Assembly (NCBI RefSeq): GCF_004010195.1
Contig: NC_057752.1
Location: 7,850,835-7,914,834, forward strand
Direction: 5' to 3'
DNA length: 64,000 nucleotides
From: Chiloscyllium plagiosum
Lineage: Eukaryota
Part shown: positions 12,716-25,455 of the stretch, piece by piece
Position numbering within the stretch: the stretch's first letter is position 1
How the letters are laid out: each line of letters starts with the position of its first letter
Position numbers and translations under genes: made by a program
The notes under the pieces: model-generated
Seen by the model: the letters and a program-made list of their open reading frames with translations, nothing else
Database searches by the model: none
What the model was told of the DNA's origin: nothing

Positions 12716-13211
12716 GTTATACTGTGTATAGCTGTAATGTAACTTTTTTTTTCTCGTCATTCCTCTATTCTGTAACTAAGGATTGTCCTGAGGTACTCTG
12801 TACCTAAGATAGTGCCATGTGTTGGTGTTTTTGTTACACTGTAACTAATCTGCAACTGAAGAAACTGTATCTTTGTACCTAAGATGGGACTGTGACTTAG
12901 AAACTTTTCATTGTACTCATTTCAGTACATGTAACAATAAAGCTCATTCAATTCAAATTCCAGCTTTAAACATTTATACAATTCCCTGTGTTTTTCTTTG
13001 CATAACTATTCATGTTTCAATAGGCGCACTATGCTTGTGGTGGATGCTAGCAATCAATGGTGTCTCCTAGTGAAACTTGCAAAGATTTGATTTTCTGTAA
13101 AACTATATTTTTTGGGATGTTTTCCTGCTGTTTTCTTTTCAAGAACAAAAAGTGACTGACTGAGAACAAGTATAGTTACCATTTTTGTTCTAACTTTCTG
13201 TTTTCTCACAG

Positions 13212-13302
13212 ATGGGAAGATCATCATACATGCCCTGCAATCGTCCTACACTTCCTCTTGCCTGGGGCCGTGCCTCCTGCATAGCTAAGCTGGGTACCAG
13301 AG
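13212..13302 (+). CDS. TROAP: TROAP exon (MGRSSYMPCNRPTLPLAWGRASCIAKLGTR)
   Basis: ttttctcacag acceptor, GAG|gtaagc donor, phase 0-1; resembles human tastin 'RASAYLAPRTPTHRLDPARASCFSRL' as recalled. Confidence 0.85.
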
Positions 13303-14946
13303 GTAAGCTGCTGTAAAAAATTGCTATATTCCATGTGTAAAATGTGATATGGTGGATTGGGAATAACAGTCCATTTTTTTCACAGCCTCATCCTGAACCA
13401 TCTCCTTAATTTTTTTTCTTCTTCTTCTTCCATTTTGTTAACTGTCTTGACTTGTCGACTTGCAGAAGAGAAAGCTTGTGGTCCAAAACTACTGTATGAC
13501 AATATAATTTGTATTCTTCATTTTAAAAAAAAATCTTTTTAGTCCAAAAATGACCAATGGTGCCAACTAATGCTCCTATTTGTAAAAATATCCAACTACT
13601 TTTAAATGGATATTTTTGACCATGTCAAGAGCTACGCCTATTATCTCCACATCAAGAACAACCTAATTCCTGAGAGTAATTCCTTGCTGAGCAATCTAGG
13701 AAGAAGAATGATTTGCCAACCAGTGTTCTACACTAAACCATTCTGCACAAAATCTGGTCATACTGTAGTGCAGCCTAACCCTGGTACTGACCTGTACGAA
13801 TCTTCTTGTGTAGATTTGGGATCAGTGCCTTTATGTCACTCTCTTCAATCCAGTAATTGTAAAGATTCCCCTAATGCTGTACACCTAGTTAAGGTCAGTT
13901 TCAACTGATGACCTTTCCAATAAATGCATCTTTTGCAACTACAGGAGATGAACTATGTAATAGGAATCCTGATGCATGTAATCTTTGAGAACTTGTGGTG
14001 TTTAATATGCAGATGGCAAATTGTAGACTTGCCCTTCATTTTTGATACTGATTCAAACCTTGGTACAGGCACCCACTGGTAGAAAATCACTTTGAGCTCA
14101 CTCCTTCTTTTATTACTGACTAAAGTTGTAGAATGCATAATCTAGCTATCTAGAATTGGGAAGGATGAACTCATTTATTCAGGCACTTGGAGATCTAATA
14201 CTCTTTTGTTGACCAACTTCTGTATATTCTTAAAGCAGAAATGTATCACAGAAATATTAGATGCCAGTAAGGAATCTCTTCTGGACTTGGAATTTTCCTC
14301 AATGCAAGGTTTACTTTGGGCTTGATTTTTAACTCTAAATGAAAAAATTGAGACCTGAACAAGATAGTATGCTGGGCCCTGTAGGAAATGAGTTGAATGC
14401 TCAAAAGCTGCAGCAAATGTTTATAACCATGACTGCGTCATTCTATCAAATTTCACTTGATCAAATGTACTTTGGCAAAGTATCGACTTGTAGTCCCCAT
14501 TGCTGAATAGGGACCTATTTTATGTTTGAGTATCTTTTTCTCATGATCGTTTTTTTTTTGCAGTTTGAACTTCTTTTCCTGCAATAGAGAAATTACCTTC
14601 CTTTATTAATGCATTTGTATTTGAGCTCTCTTTCTTGACTAGTTGTATAACATTGTATTGGCAAGGTGTCAGTCAGGCCACGAGACTCAAATTTTCACTA
14701 ATTGTGACTTGACTGCAGACCAAAAGCCCAAATGATGTTGACCAAGAACTCAATCTCTATTATAAACCTATCTTTATCCCAGCTGTGTGTCTACTCTTAG
14801 ATATCTTTTGTGCTTCTCAACTTTGTTCAGTCTCTCATTTCTGACACTAAATTGTGAAGTGTTCAAAGAACTGCAAAAGTACATTCACTTTCTGTAACTT
14901 CTGGTAAAAGAGATTTAATACTTTTGCTATTTGCTTTCCTTTTCAG

Positions 14947-15080
14947 GTGCAGGTACTGAAATAAGTTCTCCAAGTTCCATTCTTCAACCAATCAAATTAT
15001 ATAACCAAGTTAGCAGTAGACTGCACTTTTCATCCCAGAAGGCAGCCAGATGTAAACCAGATGGCCGGGACTTCAACTTG
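14947..15080 (+). CDS. TROAP: TROAP exon (GAGTEISSPSSILQPIKLYNQ...GRDFNL)
   Basis: Strong polypyrimidine acceptor (ttgctttccttttcag), phase 1 start; donor TTG|gtctgt is weak and in-phase alternatives exist at 15008 and 15104. Confidence 0.65.
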
Positions 15081-15144
15081 GTCTGTATATGTCTCTGGAT
15101 AATGGTGATAGACTATCAAACATCTCTGTATTCTTTGAAAATGA

Positions 15145-15326
15145 TTTGGAGATGCCGGTGTTGGGCTGGGGTGTACAAAGTTAAAAATCACACAACACCA
15201 GTTTATAGTCCAACAGGTTTAATTGGAAGTACTAGCTTTTGGAGCGCTGATAAAGGAGCAGTGCTCCGAAAGTTAGTGCTTCCAATTAAACCTCTTGGAC
15301 TATAACCTGGTGTTGTGATTTTTAAC
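15145..15326. mobile_element. Penelope-derived fold-back element (family D) with decayed hammerhead
   Basis: Arms about 15179-15247 and 15261-15327; CTGATaA-A-GGAGC-AGT-GCTCC-GAAA-GTTA; perfect 14-bp TSD TTCTTTGAAAATGA at 15131-15144 and 15327-15340. Confidence 0.85.
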
Positions 15327-15627
15327 TTCTTTGAAAATGAGCAGGACAATAGTTTGCGGAAACATTTCAACTGCCCACCCCTGAGCTTACAAGAGCAATG
15401 TGCTAAGGTGGCCTTGTAAATTATAAATTTGCTTGTACTCCCCTTCACCCTGCACTCCCAGTCCTCAAAACACAGCGTATCTAATCTAGGTGGTAGCTGG
15501 TTACAGTGGAAAGTTCAGAACTAAATTAGGCTGTTCATATTGAATCTAAACTCCGATTAAACTTTCGGGAGATTCCTGTGGAAGTCAGGTATCCTTTCAC
15601 TCCAGAGTCAGCTATATGTGTTCTTTC

Positions 15628-15853
15628 TGAAATGACTCCGCAGATGCCGATCTACTGTCACTAAGTAACCCTTAATTTGTATGAGAAGAGTCCTAGACAC
15701 TGGTCCAGCTTCCTCCGCTCTCAGTGAACAGAACCTCTGACACTCCTATTTCTATCTGTCAGCCAGAGCTTCCTGATTGAACCAGGTTAATAGTTCCAAA
15801 CAGGGAATTCCTATTCTGAGTTCTATCTGGCTGACCTTGTTACAATCACGACA
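15628..15853 (-). mobile_element. Solo LTR of the Gypsy family at 9078; another copy at about 22490-22722 (-)
   Basis: TG...CA ends, flanks ctttc/ctttt, reverse complement aligns with 9078-9307. Confidence 0.8.
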
Positions 15854-15947
15854 CTTTTTCCTTCCTCGTAGCTCATCTTGAAATTATGTTTGGAAAAAGC
15901 TGACCATCCTGTCCATCAAGTGGCACTGGAATACCAAAACAGACAGA

Positions 15948-16185
15948 AATCATAGAACCCCTAGAGTGTGGAAACAGGCCATTTGGCTCAACAAGTCCAC
16001 ATCGATCCTCTGAAGAGTATCCCACCCAGATCCATTACCCTCCCCTATTACTTTACATTTCCCCCTGACTAATGCATCTAACCTACACATCCCTGATCAC
16101 TATGGGCAATTTAGCATGGCCAATTCACCTAACCTGCACATCTTTGGACTGTGGGTGGAAACCAGAGCACCTGCAAGAAACCCAT
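15948..16185 (-). mobile_element. HE1-like SINE 3' part; shorter piece at 23180-23265
   Basis: Reverse complement of the 63840-64000 sequence including the CR1-type tail. Confidence 0.8.
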
Positions 16186-17054
16186 TTTTTCAACCCATTG
16201 TTTCTACTTTTCATCCTATAGGAAATACAAACTTAATTGGATTCACTGCTGCTCTGTTTTGAGGTGAAGATGTTATACAACTATTATGTTGTACATCTTG
16301 TACAAGAGCAACTGTTTTACTATGTGCCTCTTAGATGAATCAGTTGTCTCTCAGTGAAATTAACCCTCTACAAATTTTTGTAAACTTGAGTTTTGTGAAA
16401 TCTTCTTTGAACGAAGAGTTCCTATTTATCAATTTATTGTTCTGGGTCCTCATCACCAACTACTTGGGATTTATGGGTCTTTCATGAAAGGAAAATGAGT
16501 GCATTTGATCTTCTCTGTTTTGTATAACAGCTGTGCAGTTCTGAGTTTAAAGCATCGCTCTCAAATTGATCTTTGGATTCAATGGCTGTTCTGAGTATGG
16601 CAGGTGCAAAGTAGGGGGAATTAGTGCATGGCATGTGTGAACAATCAAGTTAGAAAATATACTGGCGATAGCTATGATGAATAGGGAAATTGATTTTGGC
16701 TTCCTAACACACACCATATATTTTTGGATGTTGATGAATTAAACTGGGAATTGTAAAACATTTTGTGTGAGAAAGAAGTTGGCAAAGGAATGAATAGCAT
16801 CATGTATAGATTGAGGATTGATTGTCCACACTCTAGCTTTTAAACAAATTGATCTCTACTCCAGTTCAGCCTGGTTAAGATAAACTGAAATAAATTAATG
16901 GCAGTTATTCAGATCCTGGGATCAGTGGTGCTATTGAAATCTTATTCCCCTTTGCCAAATTTACCCAATTCAATAATTTGGCCATTTTTCTTCCCTCCTC
17001 CTATTTCTCCTTGAAATTTGAACTACATAACACTTTCTTCATCTCTCTCTTCAG

Positions 17055-17142
17055 ATGGAAAGGGCTTGTGAATCGAATCGCTCTGTTGCTCCTACATTTG
17101 TTTCTGTTGGAGGTCCTGCCACTTGCAAATCAGATACCGAAG
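17055..17142 (+). CDS. TROAP: TROAP exon (MERACESNRSVAPTFVSVGGPATCKSDTE)
   Basis: ctctctcttcag acceptor, AAG|gtagat donor; 88 nt, phase 0-1, needed to reconcile flanking exon phases. Confidence 0.7.
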
Positions 17143-18168
17143 GTAGATCGAAAGAAAGACTTTTTTATATCAGCCTTTCATGACCTTTAGGATTTTCAAA
17201 AGTGCTTCACAGCTAATTAAGTACTTCGGAAAATATTTGTTGTAGTAATATTGGAAAATACAGCAGCCTTTTACTTTTGCTCTTTGTGGAATGGGATAAC
17301 GATAGGACAGTTTAGATTATCTGAATCTTCAGAATCAAATGAGTGGTGATTCCCCATTTGCTTTTTCCTGTTGTGGAATAAGCAGCGATTGCTCAGCAGA
17401 CTGAAGGCTAAACCTGGAACTTCATTCTGTTTGATATACGCTGCTAATTGAATTCAAAATCAGATACATATTCAAAGTAATCAATTTTCACACAAGGCCT
17501 AGTCTAAGTTAGATGATAGATGGCAGAGTTTTAATTAGCTTAAGTATATTCAGCATGTGAGATGGGACACCAACCAGTTGAATCTGGAGCACAGATGAGC
17601 GCTTTAGTGACTGAATTGAGGCAGCGGAGGATTTAAGTGATATTAAGGAAGTGAAAGTAGGTGGACTTTGATAAAGAAGTTGAGGTTGAAATTTCAGCTC
17701 AGCAACCAATAAGATATAGAGGCTGCAAACATTCCAGATCAGCCAGAGTTGACACATGGGAGTGGGGGTTCAGTGCTGAGGAGGTCTGCAGAAACTAAAA
17801 GTTCAGGAAGAGAGTATTATGGTGGGAGACTGGCTATTAAGTATGCATTCTGACAGTGGAGGTTTTGAGAGGTTGAGATAGAGTAGAGCAGCTTATCATC
17901 AATGTGTGAAAGCAAGAAACCTCCTCATGCTGAAGAGCTGTCAGATGCTTAACTGTATTTACCTGCCAATTATCAGTTTTGCTATTAAGGTAGGGTGTGA
18001 ATTGTGCTGAAGATCAGTAATCTTTGTCAGTGGAGATGCCAACTTCACCATTAACTGTGTTAATTTAAGACTAAACTGGGATGTAAACAATGAACTTATT
18101 GTGGTATACGTCTATGTCATTTCCCATGCTGGCCTCTTGAAGCTAATATTGTAAAAACCTCTCTTTAG

Positions 18169-18293
18169 ATCTAAGAATGCAAACACCACATAGAGTGTTA
18201 CAACCATCTAACTATCAATTCAGCAGTACACTGGCTCTATCATCTCAAAACGTACGGCATCCAAGAAATATGCCTGCTCCCCCTTCAAGTATG
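18169..18293 (+). CDS. TROAP: TROAP exon (DLRMQTPHRVLQPS...PAPPSSM)
   Basis: ctctctttag acceptor, ATG|gtaagt consensus donor, phase 1-0. Confidence 0.8.
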
Positions 18294-18399
18294 GTAAGTA
18301 AGTTTGCATTCAAATTGATGGTTTGCATGTTGGATTCTTGGTTTTTTTTGAGTATCAATGATCAAAAAGCTGTTTTTTGGCACAATAAATTAGTACCTG

Positions 18400-19405
18400 G
18401 AAAGGTTCTGAAAAGGAAATCAGACCTGACAAATTTATTAGAGTTAGAGTTCTTTGAGGAGGTAACAAGTAGGATGGATAAAGGGGATAGATAAAGTAGA
18501 TATGATATAGTTGGATTTTCAAAAGGCATCCAATAGGCACACAAGGCTACTTAATAAGACAAGAGCCCAGGGTGTTGGGGGTCATATATCCCCATGGTTA
18601 GGAGATTGGTTAACTAATAAAAGACAGAGTTAGGTAAAGGGGGCATTTTCAGGATGGCAACCTGTAACTAGTGGTATGCCACAGGGATCAGTGCTGGGGC
18701 CACAATTATTTCCAATCTATATTAATGACATGGATGACATAAGAGAAGGTACTATTGCCACGTTTGAAGATAATGCAAAAATACGTGGGAACGCAAGTGA
18801 CGAGGACAACATTGTCTCCAAAGGGTTTAGACAGGTTGAGTGAGTGGGTGAAAGATTGAATATAATGTGGGAAGATGTGAAGTTGTGCACTTTGTCAGAA
18901 AGAATAAAGAGCTGAATATTATTTAAGTGGAGAAAGAGTGCAGAAAAATGCACTGGAGAGGAATTTGGGAGACCTGGTGTATGAATCACAGAAAGCTAGC
19001 ATCCAAGTTCAGTGGGTAATGAGGATAGCAAATGCACTGTTGGCCTTTCTTTCCAAGAGAATGGAGTATAAAAAAGGCAGAGTCAAATGTTGTGGGAGAG
19101 CCTTGAACAAGAGTGCTAAGTAAGGGGTTGCCCACTTAAGACCCAAGATGAGGAGGAATTTTGTCTGTGAGGATAGTGAATCTGTGGAATTCTTTACTAT
19201 AGAGGGTTGTAGAAGCTGAATTATTAAGTATATTCAAGACTAAGATGGACAGTGTTTTAATCAGTTAGGGAGTCGAGGATTGTGGGGATAAGGCAGGAAA
19301 GTGGCATTGAGGGTTATCAGTTCAGCCATGATCAAATTGAATGGTGGAGCAGACTTAATGGGTGAATGGCCTCCTTCAGGTCCTACATCTTTATGGTCTT
19401 ATAAG
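18400..19405 (+). mobile_element. CR1 LINE RT/3' fragment
   Basis: DFQK, SGMPQGSVLGP and YINDMD remnants plus CR1 3' tail. Confidence 0.85.
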
Positions 19406-19509
19406 AACATAAGTATTAGGAGCAGGAGGAGACAATTCAGCCCCTCAAGCCTGCTTGTTTCAGTCCCAGGGTCCACCATACTATGGGATAATGAATTCCA
19501 CAGATTTCA

Positions 19510-20950
19510 TAGAATTGTAAATTTTTACAGTGTAGGAAAAGTCCATTTGACCCATCATGTCTGTACAAGTTCCTAAAAGAGCTACCCAGCTAGTCCATTC
19601 TTCAGCCCGATTTTCGTAGCCCTCTTAATTGATCACTTTCAAATATATATCCAGCTCTCATTTGAATCCTCCTATGGAAACAGTCTCTCAGGCAGCACAT
19701 TCCAAATCCTAACAACTGAGTAAAGAAGTTTTTCCTCGCCTCACTCCTTGCTCTCTTGCTGACAATCTTGAAATTGTGACCCCTAGTTACTGGTATACCA
19801 ACTAGTGGAAAGAGAATATCCTTCTTTACCCTGTTAAATCGTTCAGAATTTTGAACACCTCAATAAGGTCACCTCTTAATCTTCTCTTCTCCAAGGAGAA
19901 TAAACCCAATTTCACTAACCTTTCCTTGTATCTAAAATTCCTCATTCCTGGTACCATTCTAGTAAATCTCCTTTTATCTCTCTCAAGGGCTTAAAATAAG
20001 GTGTCCAAAACTGAACACAGTATTTCAAATGTAGTCTGACCAATGATTTGTAAATGTGTAGCATCACCTCCTTGCTTTAATACTCTATGCCTCTATTTAT
20101 TTATAAACCCAAGGCTCCCATGTGCCTTTTTAACATTTACGACCCTTTTGAGAAAAGTAATTTCTCCTCATCTCTTTTAAATCTGCCATCTCTTTGCCTA
20201 AAACTGACACCTCCTCATTCTAGATTTCCCCACAAAGGAAAACCTCAACTCTCCATCTACTTTGTCAATCCCCTTTAACATCTTGTATACCTCTAAACTC
20301 TAGTGAGTATAGGCCAAAACTGCACAATCTCTCCTCTCAAAACCAAGCCTTTCATCTGTGAACTGCCTCCAATGCAATTATATCCTTCCTCATGTAAGGG
20401 GACAAAGCTGTCCACAGTACTCCAGATGCAGTCTCACCAATCCCTTGTACAGTTGCAGCAACGCTTCCCTATTTTTATACTCCATTCCTTTAGCAATAAA
20501 TGCCAAAATTTCATTTTCCCTCCTCCATTACCTGCTGTACCTGCAGACAAGCTTTCTGTGATTCATGCACAAGGTCACCCAGATCCCTCTGACCTGAAGC
20601 ATTCTGAAGTTTCTCTCCATTTAGATGATTCCAACCAAAAAGGATAACCTCACACCACATTAATCTCCATTTGCCAAATAGTGAACCATTCATCTAACGT
20701 AACCTATCCATATTCATTTGTAAATTTGTTTTCTTCATTGCAACTGACTTTCTCACCGATTTGAGTGTCATCTGCAAATCTGGTGATAGTACATTCTATC
20801 GCTGCATCCAAATCATGAATATAGATTGTAAATAGTTGGGGCCCTGAGGACTGAACCTCGTTGCAACCCACTAGTTACAGCTTGCCAACCAGAAAAAGAT
20901 CCATTTATTTTAACTCTGTTCTGTTGGTTAGCCAATCCTTTATCCAAATA
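19510..20950 (-). mobile_element. Two or more CR1 LINE 3'/RT fragments
   Basis: Minus strand FADDTQIG, QRDLG.LVHESQK; 3' tails near 19510 and 19400-19500. Confidence 0.75.
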
Positions 20951-21897
20951 AATTGGAAACTTTGTACGGTAAACTCATTCAGTCTTGAATTTGTTTGTTT
21001 TCCTTCTCTATTTTGCCTTTTGCCATCACCCATTGTATTGTTCAAGCATTTTTCTTTTCAGTTATGTATTGGGGGTGGTGTAGGTACGGGAGGTCCAATT
21101 TCAGCCAGACCCAGTCATTCTTATTCCTTTCTATTCAATGTGTCTGAGTGCTGTGGTTAATATCAGCTCACTCAGCACAGACAAACATTCATGTGGTACC
21201 ACTCCCAAACAAGCCTGACTAGTCTGTTAACACCTGCAGTCTGGTATTGCATATTTCACATATTGCATACCCACATTTAGATGAGGTAGTGGAAAAGTGT
21301 ACAACAATACACCAGCATTAGTTGCCACCCTTACAAGAAGAGTACAATATTGGAATTTGCTCAAAATAGAATAGGAAGTTGTGTTCAAATGCTGTATACT
21401 GTCTCATACTCTTTGTCATTTATTTGTGTTAAGATGAATATGAATTTTCCTTGAACACTGCACAAATTGTTTAGTTGAATTGCATTTACAACATAATTGT
21501 AGATTCAGTTTAAAACCAGTTTAATGGAATAAAGTTGTATAAAATAGTATTCTAAAATATTGCATGCTCAATTGCTGCCACCTCACATGAACATTTAGTG
21601 ACAATGTGAGCTCAGCAATTTAATGAAGAACTTGAACATTGAATTACCATTTAGAGGTTCAAGAGCAGTTCATTACTGGTCAAAAATTCATCTTCACATT
21701 TGATGAAAAACAAACAAGGCTAGTTTGACTTCAAAAAGAGTCATTAGATGTGTTCCTGTTGCTGCTACTGATCTTAATATATTCTTTAAAAATTCCCACA
21801 AACTTGTTCAATTTGTAGAGTCCCTTCTCCAGTATGCATGTGTTATTCAGAAATTTGGTTTAGACTCTTGTTAATCTAACTTTATTCGTTCCAACAG

Positions 21898-22005
21898 GTT
21901 GCAACTTATAAACCTGTGAATTGGTCAAATCATCACTCTCTCAAGGGCAAGACAGATGGACAGAGTGCCTCAGACCATACAAAGGATGGTGAATATCTGC
22001 CAATG
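21898..22005 (+). CDS. TROAP: TROAP exon (VATYKPVNWSNHHSLKG...GEYLPM)
   Basis: ttccaacag acceptor, ATG|gtgggt donor, 108 nt, phase 0-0; end parallels human 'PALPW' preceding 'EQVAVRLF'. Confidence 0.75.
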
Positions 22006-22264
22006 GTGGGTGAAGGATAGTGAGGTTTTGTGTTATGTAACACGTTACAACTGTTTCTGTTGATGAAATTGGTAAACTATTTGTTCCGAGACTATTTAAT
22101 GTACAAGTTCTTGACTATACAGGAGTATATGTCACTGGAGTGTCTAAAAAGCTGTCTTAAAAATTGCCTTTTTGGCCAAGCTGTCAGTTACCTGTTAGAA
22201 CTCTGCCATTGTGGCTTGGATCCTCTAAAGTGCCCCCAAAAGTTATTCTCCCTTAAATTTGTCA

Positions 22265-24670
22265 TTTGAACATACAAACATCCAAATCAGAAGCTAAACT
22301 AAGCCATTTTGCCATTGAGCCTGCTCCACTGTTCAAAACGTTGATGGCTGATCTGTTTGTGTTTCAAATTCCACATTCTCATCCAACCTTGATAACCTTA
22401 CATTTTTAATTAGGAAATGCAGTCAATTTACCCCAATGACCTGCCTATACCACCTTCTGAAGCATTATGTTCCAAAGTGTCACAACCCTCAGCAAATTTT
22501 GCTTCCGTCACCAAGTCACCCTTTATTTACACGTGGAGAGTCCTTAATACTGGCCCAGCTCCCTCAGAGCCAGCTCTCAGAGTGAACAGAACCCTTGACC
22601 CCCCCCCGCCCCCCCGCTTATCTGTCAGCCAGGGCTCCCTAATTGGACCAGATTAACAGCCCCAATCAGGGAACTCTTATTCTGTGAGATTCATCTGGCT
22701 GACCTTGTTACAGTCACCACACAGTGCTTTTGTTTCCTTCATCTCAGTCATTGACATAAATTGTAAGAAGTCAAGGCCCCATCACAGACCCACTCATTAC
22801 ATCCTGCCAATCAGTAAAGGAGCCATGTATGATTAGACTCAGTTTTGTGGCTGGCAGAAATATCTATCAATGCGAGTATGTTACACCCTAGCATCATTTG
22901 ATTCCAATTTGTGTAATTACATTTTAACCATTAACACCTTGTCTTCTGGAGTCCAAGCACAGTAAGTCTACAGGCTTCCCTTTATCCACAGCACATGTTG
23001 CTCCTTCAAAGAATTCTGATAACTTGGTTAAATATGCATTTCCTTTCACAAAATACTTAGTCTTCCTGATTACCTTGAGTTTAAGTGTGCAGATATAATC
23101 TTTTTACTGATCCATTCTTAACACCTTTGCCACAACAGACATCAAGCTAACTGGCTTATAGTTTCCTGGTTTTTTTTTTAGATTAGATTAGATTCCCTAC
23201 AGTATGGAAACAGGCCCTTTGGCCCAACAAGTCCACACCGACCCTCCAAAGAGTAACCCACCTAGATATGCCTACCTCCCTTAATAGAGTTACATTTTGC
23301 TACTTTCTCGTCCAATGGAACCTTTCCAGAATCTTGGGAATTTTGGAAAATTAACACCAACATATCTACTACTTCATTCTAGGTTCATTAAAAAAAAGTA
23401 GCAAATGAAGTCGATTGGGACATAGGGACTTGTTAGTATCCAGCTCCGTCAGTTTACTCAGTCTCCCTTCCCTGGTGATTTGTAATTTCACCAAGTTCCT
23501 CTCTTCCTTCTACCTCCTGATTTACAGCTAATACTGAAATGATTTTTATATCCTCCTACAGTGAAGATAAAACCAGAATATTTGTTCATTCCACACCATT
23601 TCCTTCTTATCTACTCTTAAGACTATACGATGCTGGAGCAGAAGTAGGAGTCTGCTTCACCATTCACTGAGGTGATGGCTGCTCTGATAATCCTCCACTC
23701 CACTTCCCTGCCTTAACCCATAACCCTCGGTTCTCTTACTGATTAAAAATCTGTTTGTCTTAGCCTTGAATTTACTTAATCACCCAACCTCGACATTCCT
23801 CTACAATAAAGAATTCCACAGATTCACTATCCTCAGAGAGAGGACATTCCTCCTCATCTCGGTCTTAAATGGGTGATCAATTATTCTGAGATGATGCCCT
23901 TTGGTTCTAGACTCTCCCACAAGGGGAAACAACCCTGTCTGCATCTATTCTGTCAAGCCCCCTAAGAATCTTGCATGTTTCAGAAAGGCCTCCTCTCAAT
24001 CTCCTAAAGTCCAAAAAGTACAGGTCCAACATACTCAGCCACTCATCATAAGAAAACCCTCCATACCTGGGATCAATCTTGTGAACCTTTTCTGGACTGC
24101 ATCCAATGTTTGGTATATCTTTTCTTTAGATAAGAGAACCAAAACTGTTCCCGTTGTTCTATGTCTGGTCTAACTAGTGTCGTATATAGTTTCAGCAATA
24201 CTTCCCTACTTTTTAATACTCCGTTGTCTTTGAAATAAAGTCCACCATTCCATTTGCTTTCCCTATTTGCTGAGCTAGTTTGCTAGTTGTTTGTGATTAA
24301 GGCATGGACAACCCCAAAACCCCCTCTGCTGCACCTTTCTGCAGTCTTTCTCAATTTAAGTAACATTTTGTTCAAATGAAAGTGCTTGTGAGCACAAAAC
24401 ACAACACATTAGCATTCAGGTGCAGCAGGCAATTAAGAAGGCAAATGATACATTGACCTTTATTATTAATAGATTGGAGTTTAAAATCAGGGAAGTGTTG
24501 TTACAGCAGTAGAGAATTGGTGAAGCTGCATCTAGAGTACTATATACAGTTTCAGTCCCCTGATTTTACAATGGATGTACTGGCATTAGAGAGTTTTACA
24601 AACTGATTCACGAGGCCAATTCCTGGGATAAATGAGTTGGCTTGTCAAGAATGGCTAAACACACTTTGTT
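22265..24670. mobile_element. Cluster of decayed CR1 fragments (mostly minus; plus piece 24380-24670) interrupted by solo LTR and SINE
   Basis: CR1 3' tails at about 22270 and 23620; remnants of NYKPVSLMS and LVKLHLEY. Confidence 0.65.
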
Positions 24671-24674
24671 TTGA

Positions 24675-25455
24675 AATTCATTTGTGAGACATGGCTGCTG
24701 CTGGCTGGCCAGCATTTAATGCACGACCCTAGTTGCCCTTTAGAAGATGGTGGTGAGCTGCTGCCTTGAATTGCCGCAGTGCACATGCTGTGTGGTAGAA
24801 CCACACTGCCTTCGGGAAGGGAATTCCAGGATTTTGACCCAGCAGCATTGAAGGTGATATATGGATGTCAGGATGGTGAGTGGCTTGGGAGGAAGCTTGT
24901 AGGTGATGGTGTTCCCATATATCGGCTGGCCTTGCTTGTCCTTCTGATGGAAGTGGTTGTGGGTTTGAAAGGTGCTGTCTGAGGATCTTTGGTGAATTCC
25001 TGCAGTGCATTTTGTAGGTATTACACACTTGCTGCTACAGAGCGTTGGTGGTGGAGGGAGTGGATGCTTAGGGATGTTGTGCCAATCAAGTGGGCTGCTG
25101 TGTCCTGGATGGTGTCAAGCTTCTTGAGTGTTGTTGGAGCTCCACCCATCCAGGCAAGTGGGGAGTATTCCATCACACTCCTGACTTGTGCCTTGTAGAT
25201 GGTGGGCAGACTCTGGGGAGTCAAAAGGTGGGTTACAAGTTTCTGACCTGCTCTTGTAGCCATTGTGTTCACGTGGCAAGTCTAGTTGAGTTTCTAATCA
25301 ATGGTAACCCCCCTGGACATTGATAGTGGGGGATCCAGTGATGGTAACACCATTGAATGTCAAGGGGCAGTGGTTAAATAGTCTGTTATTAGTGATGGTC
25401 ACTTGCTGGCATTTGTGTGGTGGAAATGTTAATTGCCACTTGTCAACCCAAGCCT
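24675..25455 (-). mobile_element. 3' fragment of a second LINE family (CR1/L2/Jockey group)
   Basis: ATRAGQ...TIYKAQVRSVMEYSPLAW C-terminal ORF2 motif; related pieces at about 6570-6750, 31135-31550, 47080-47330 and 47885-48285. Confidence 0.8.

Noticed and set aside
13606-13908. 100-aa ORF in a TROAP intron as a possible extra exon
   Set aside because: The nearby acceptor (13542) leads to stops in the required phase; exon phases are consistent without it; no recognisable homology.
16531-16603. Candidate exon after tgtataacag
   Set aside because: In-frame TGA in phase 0; the 17055-17142 exon fits instead.
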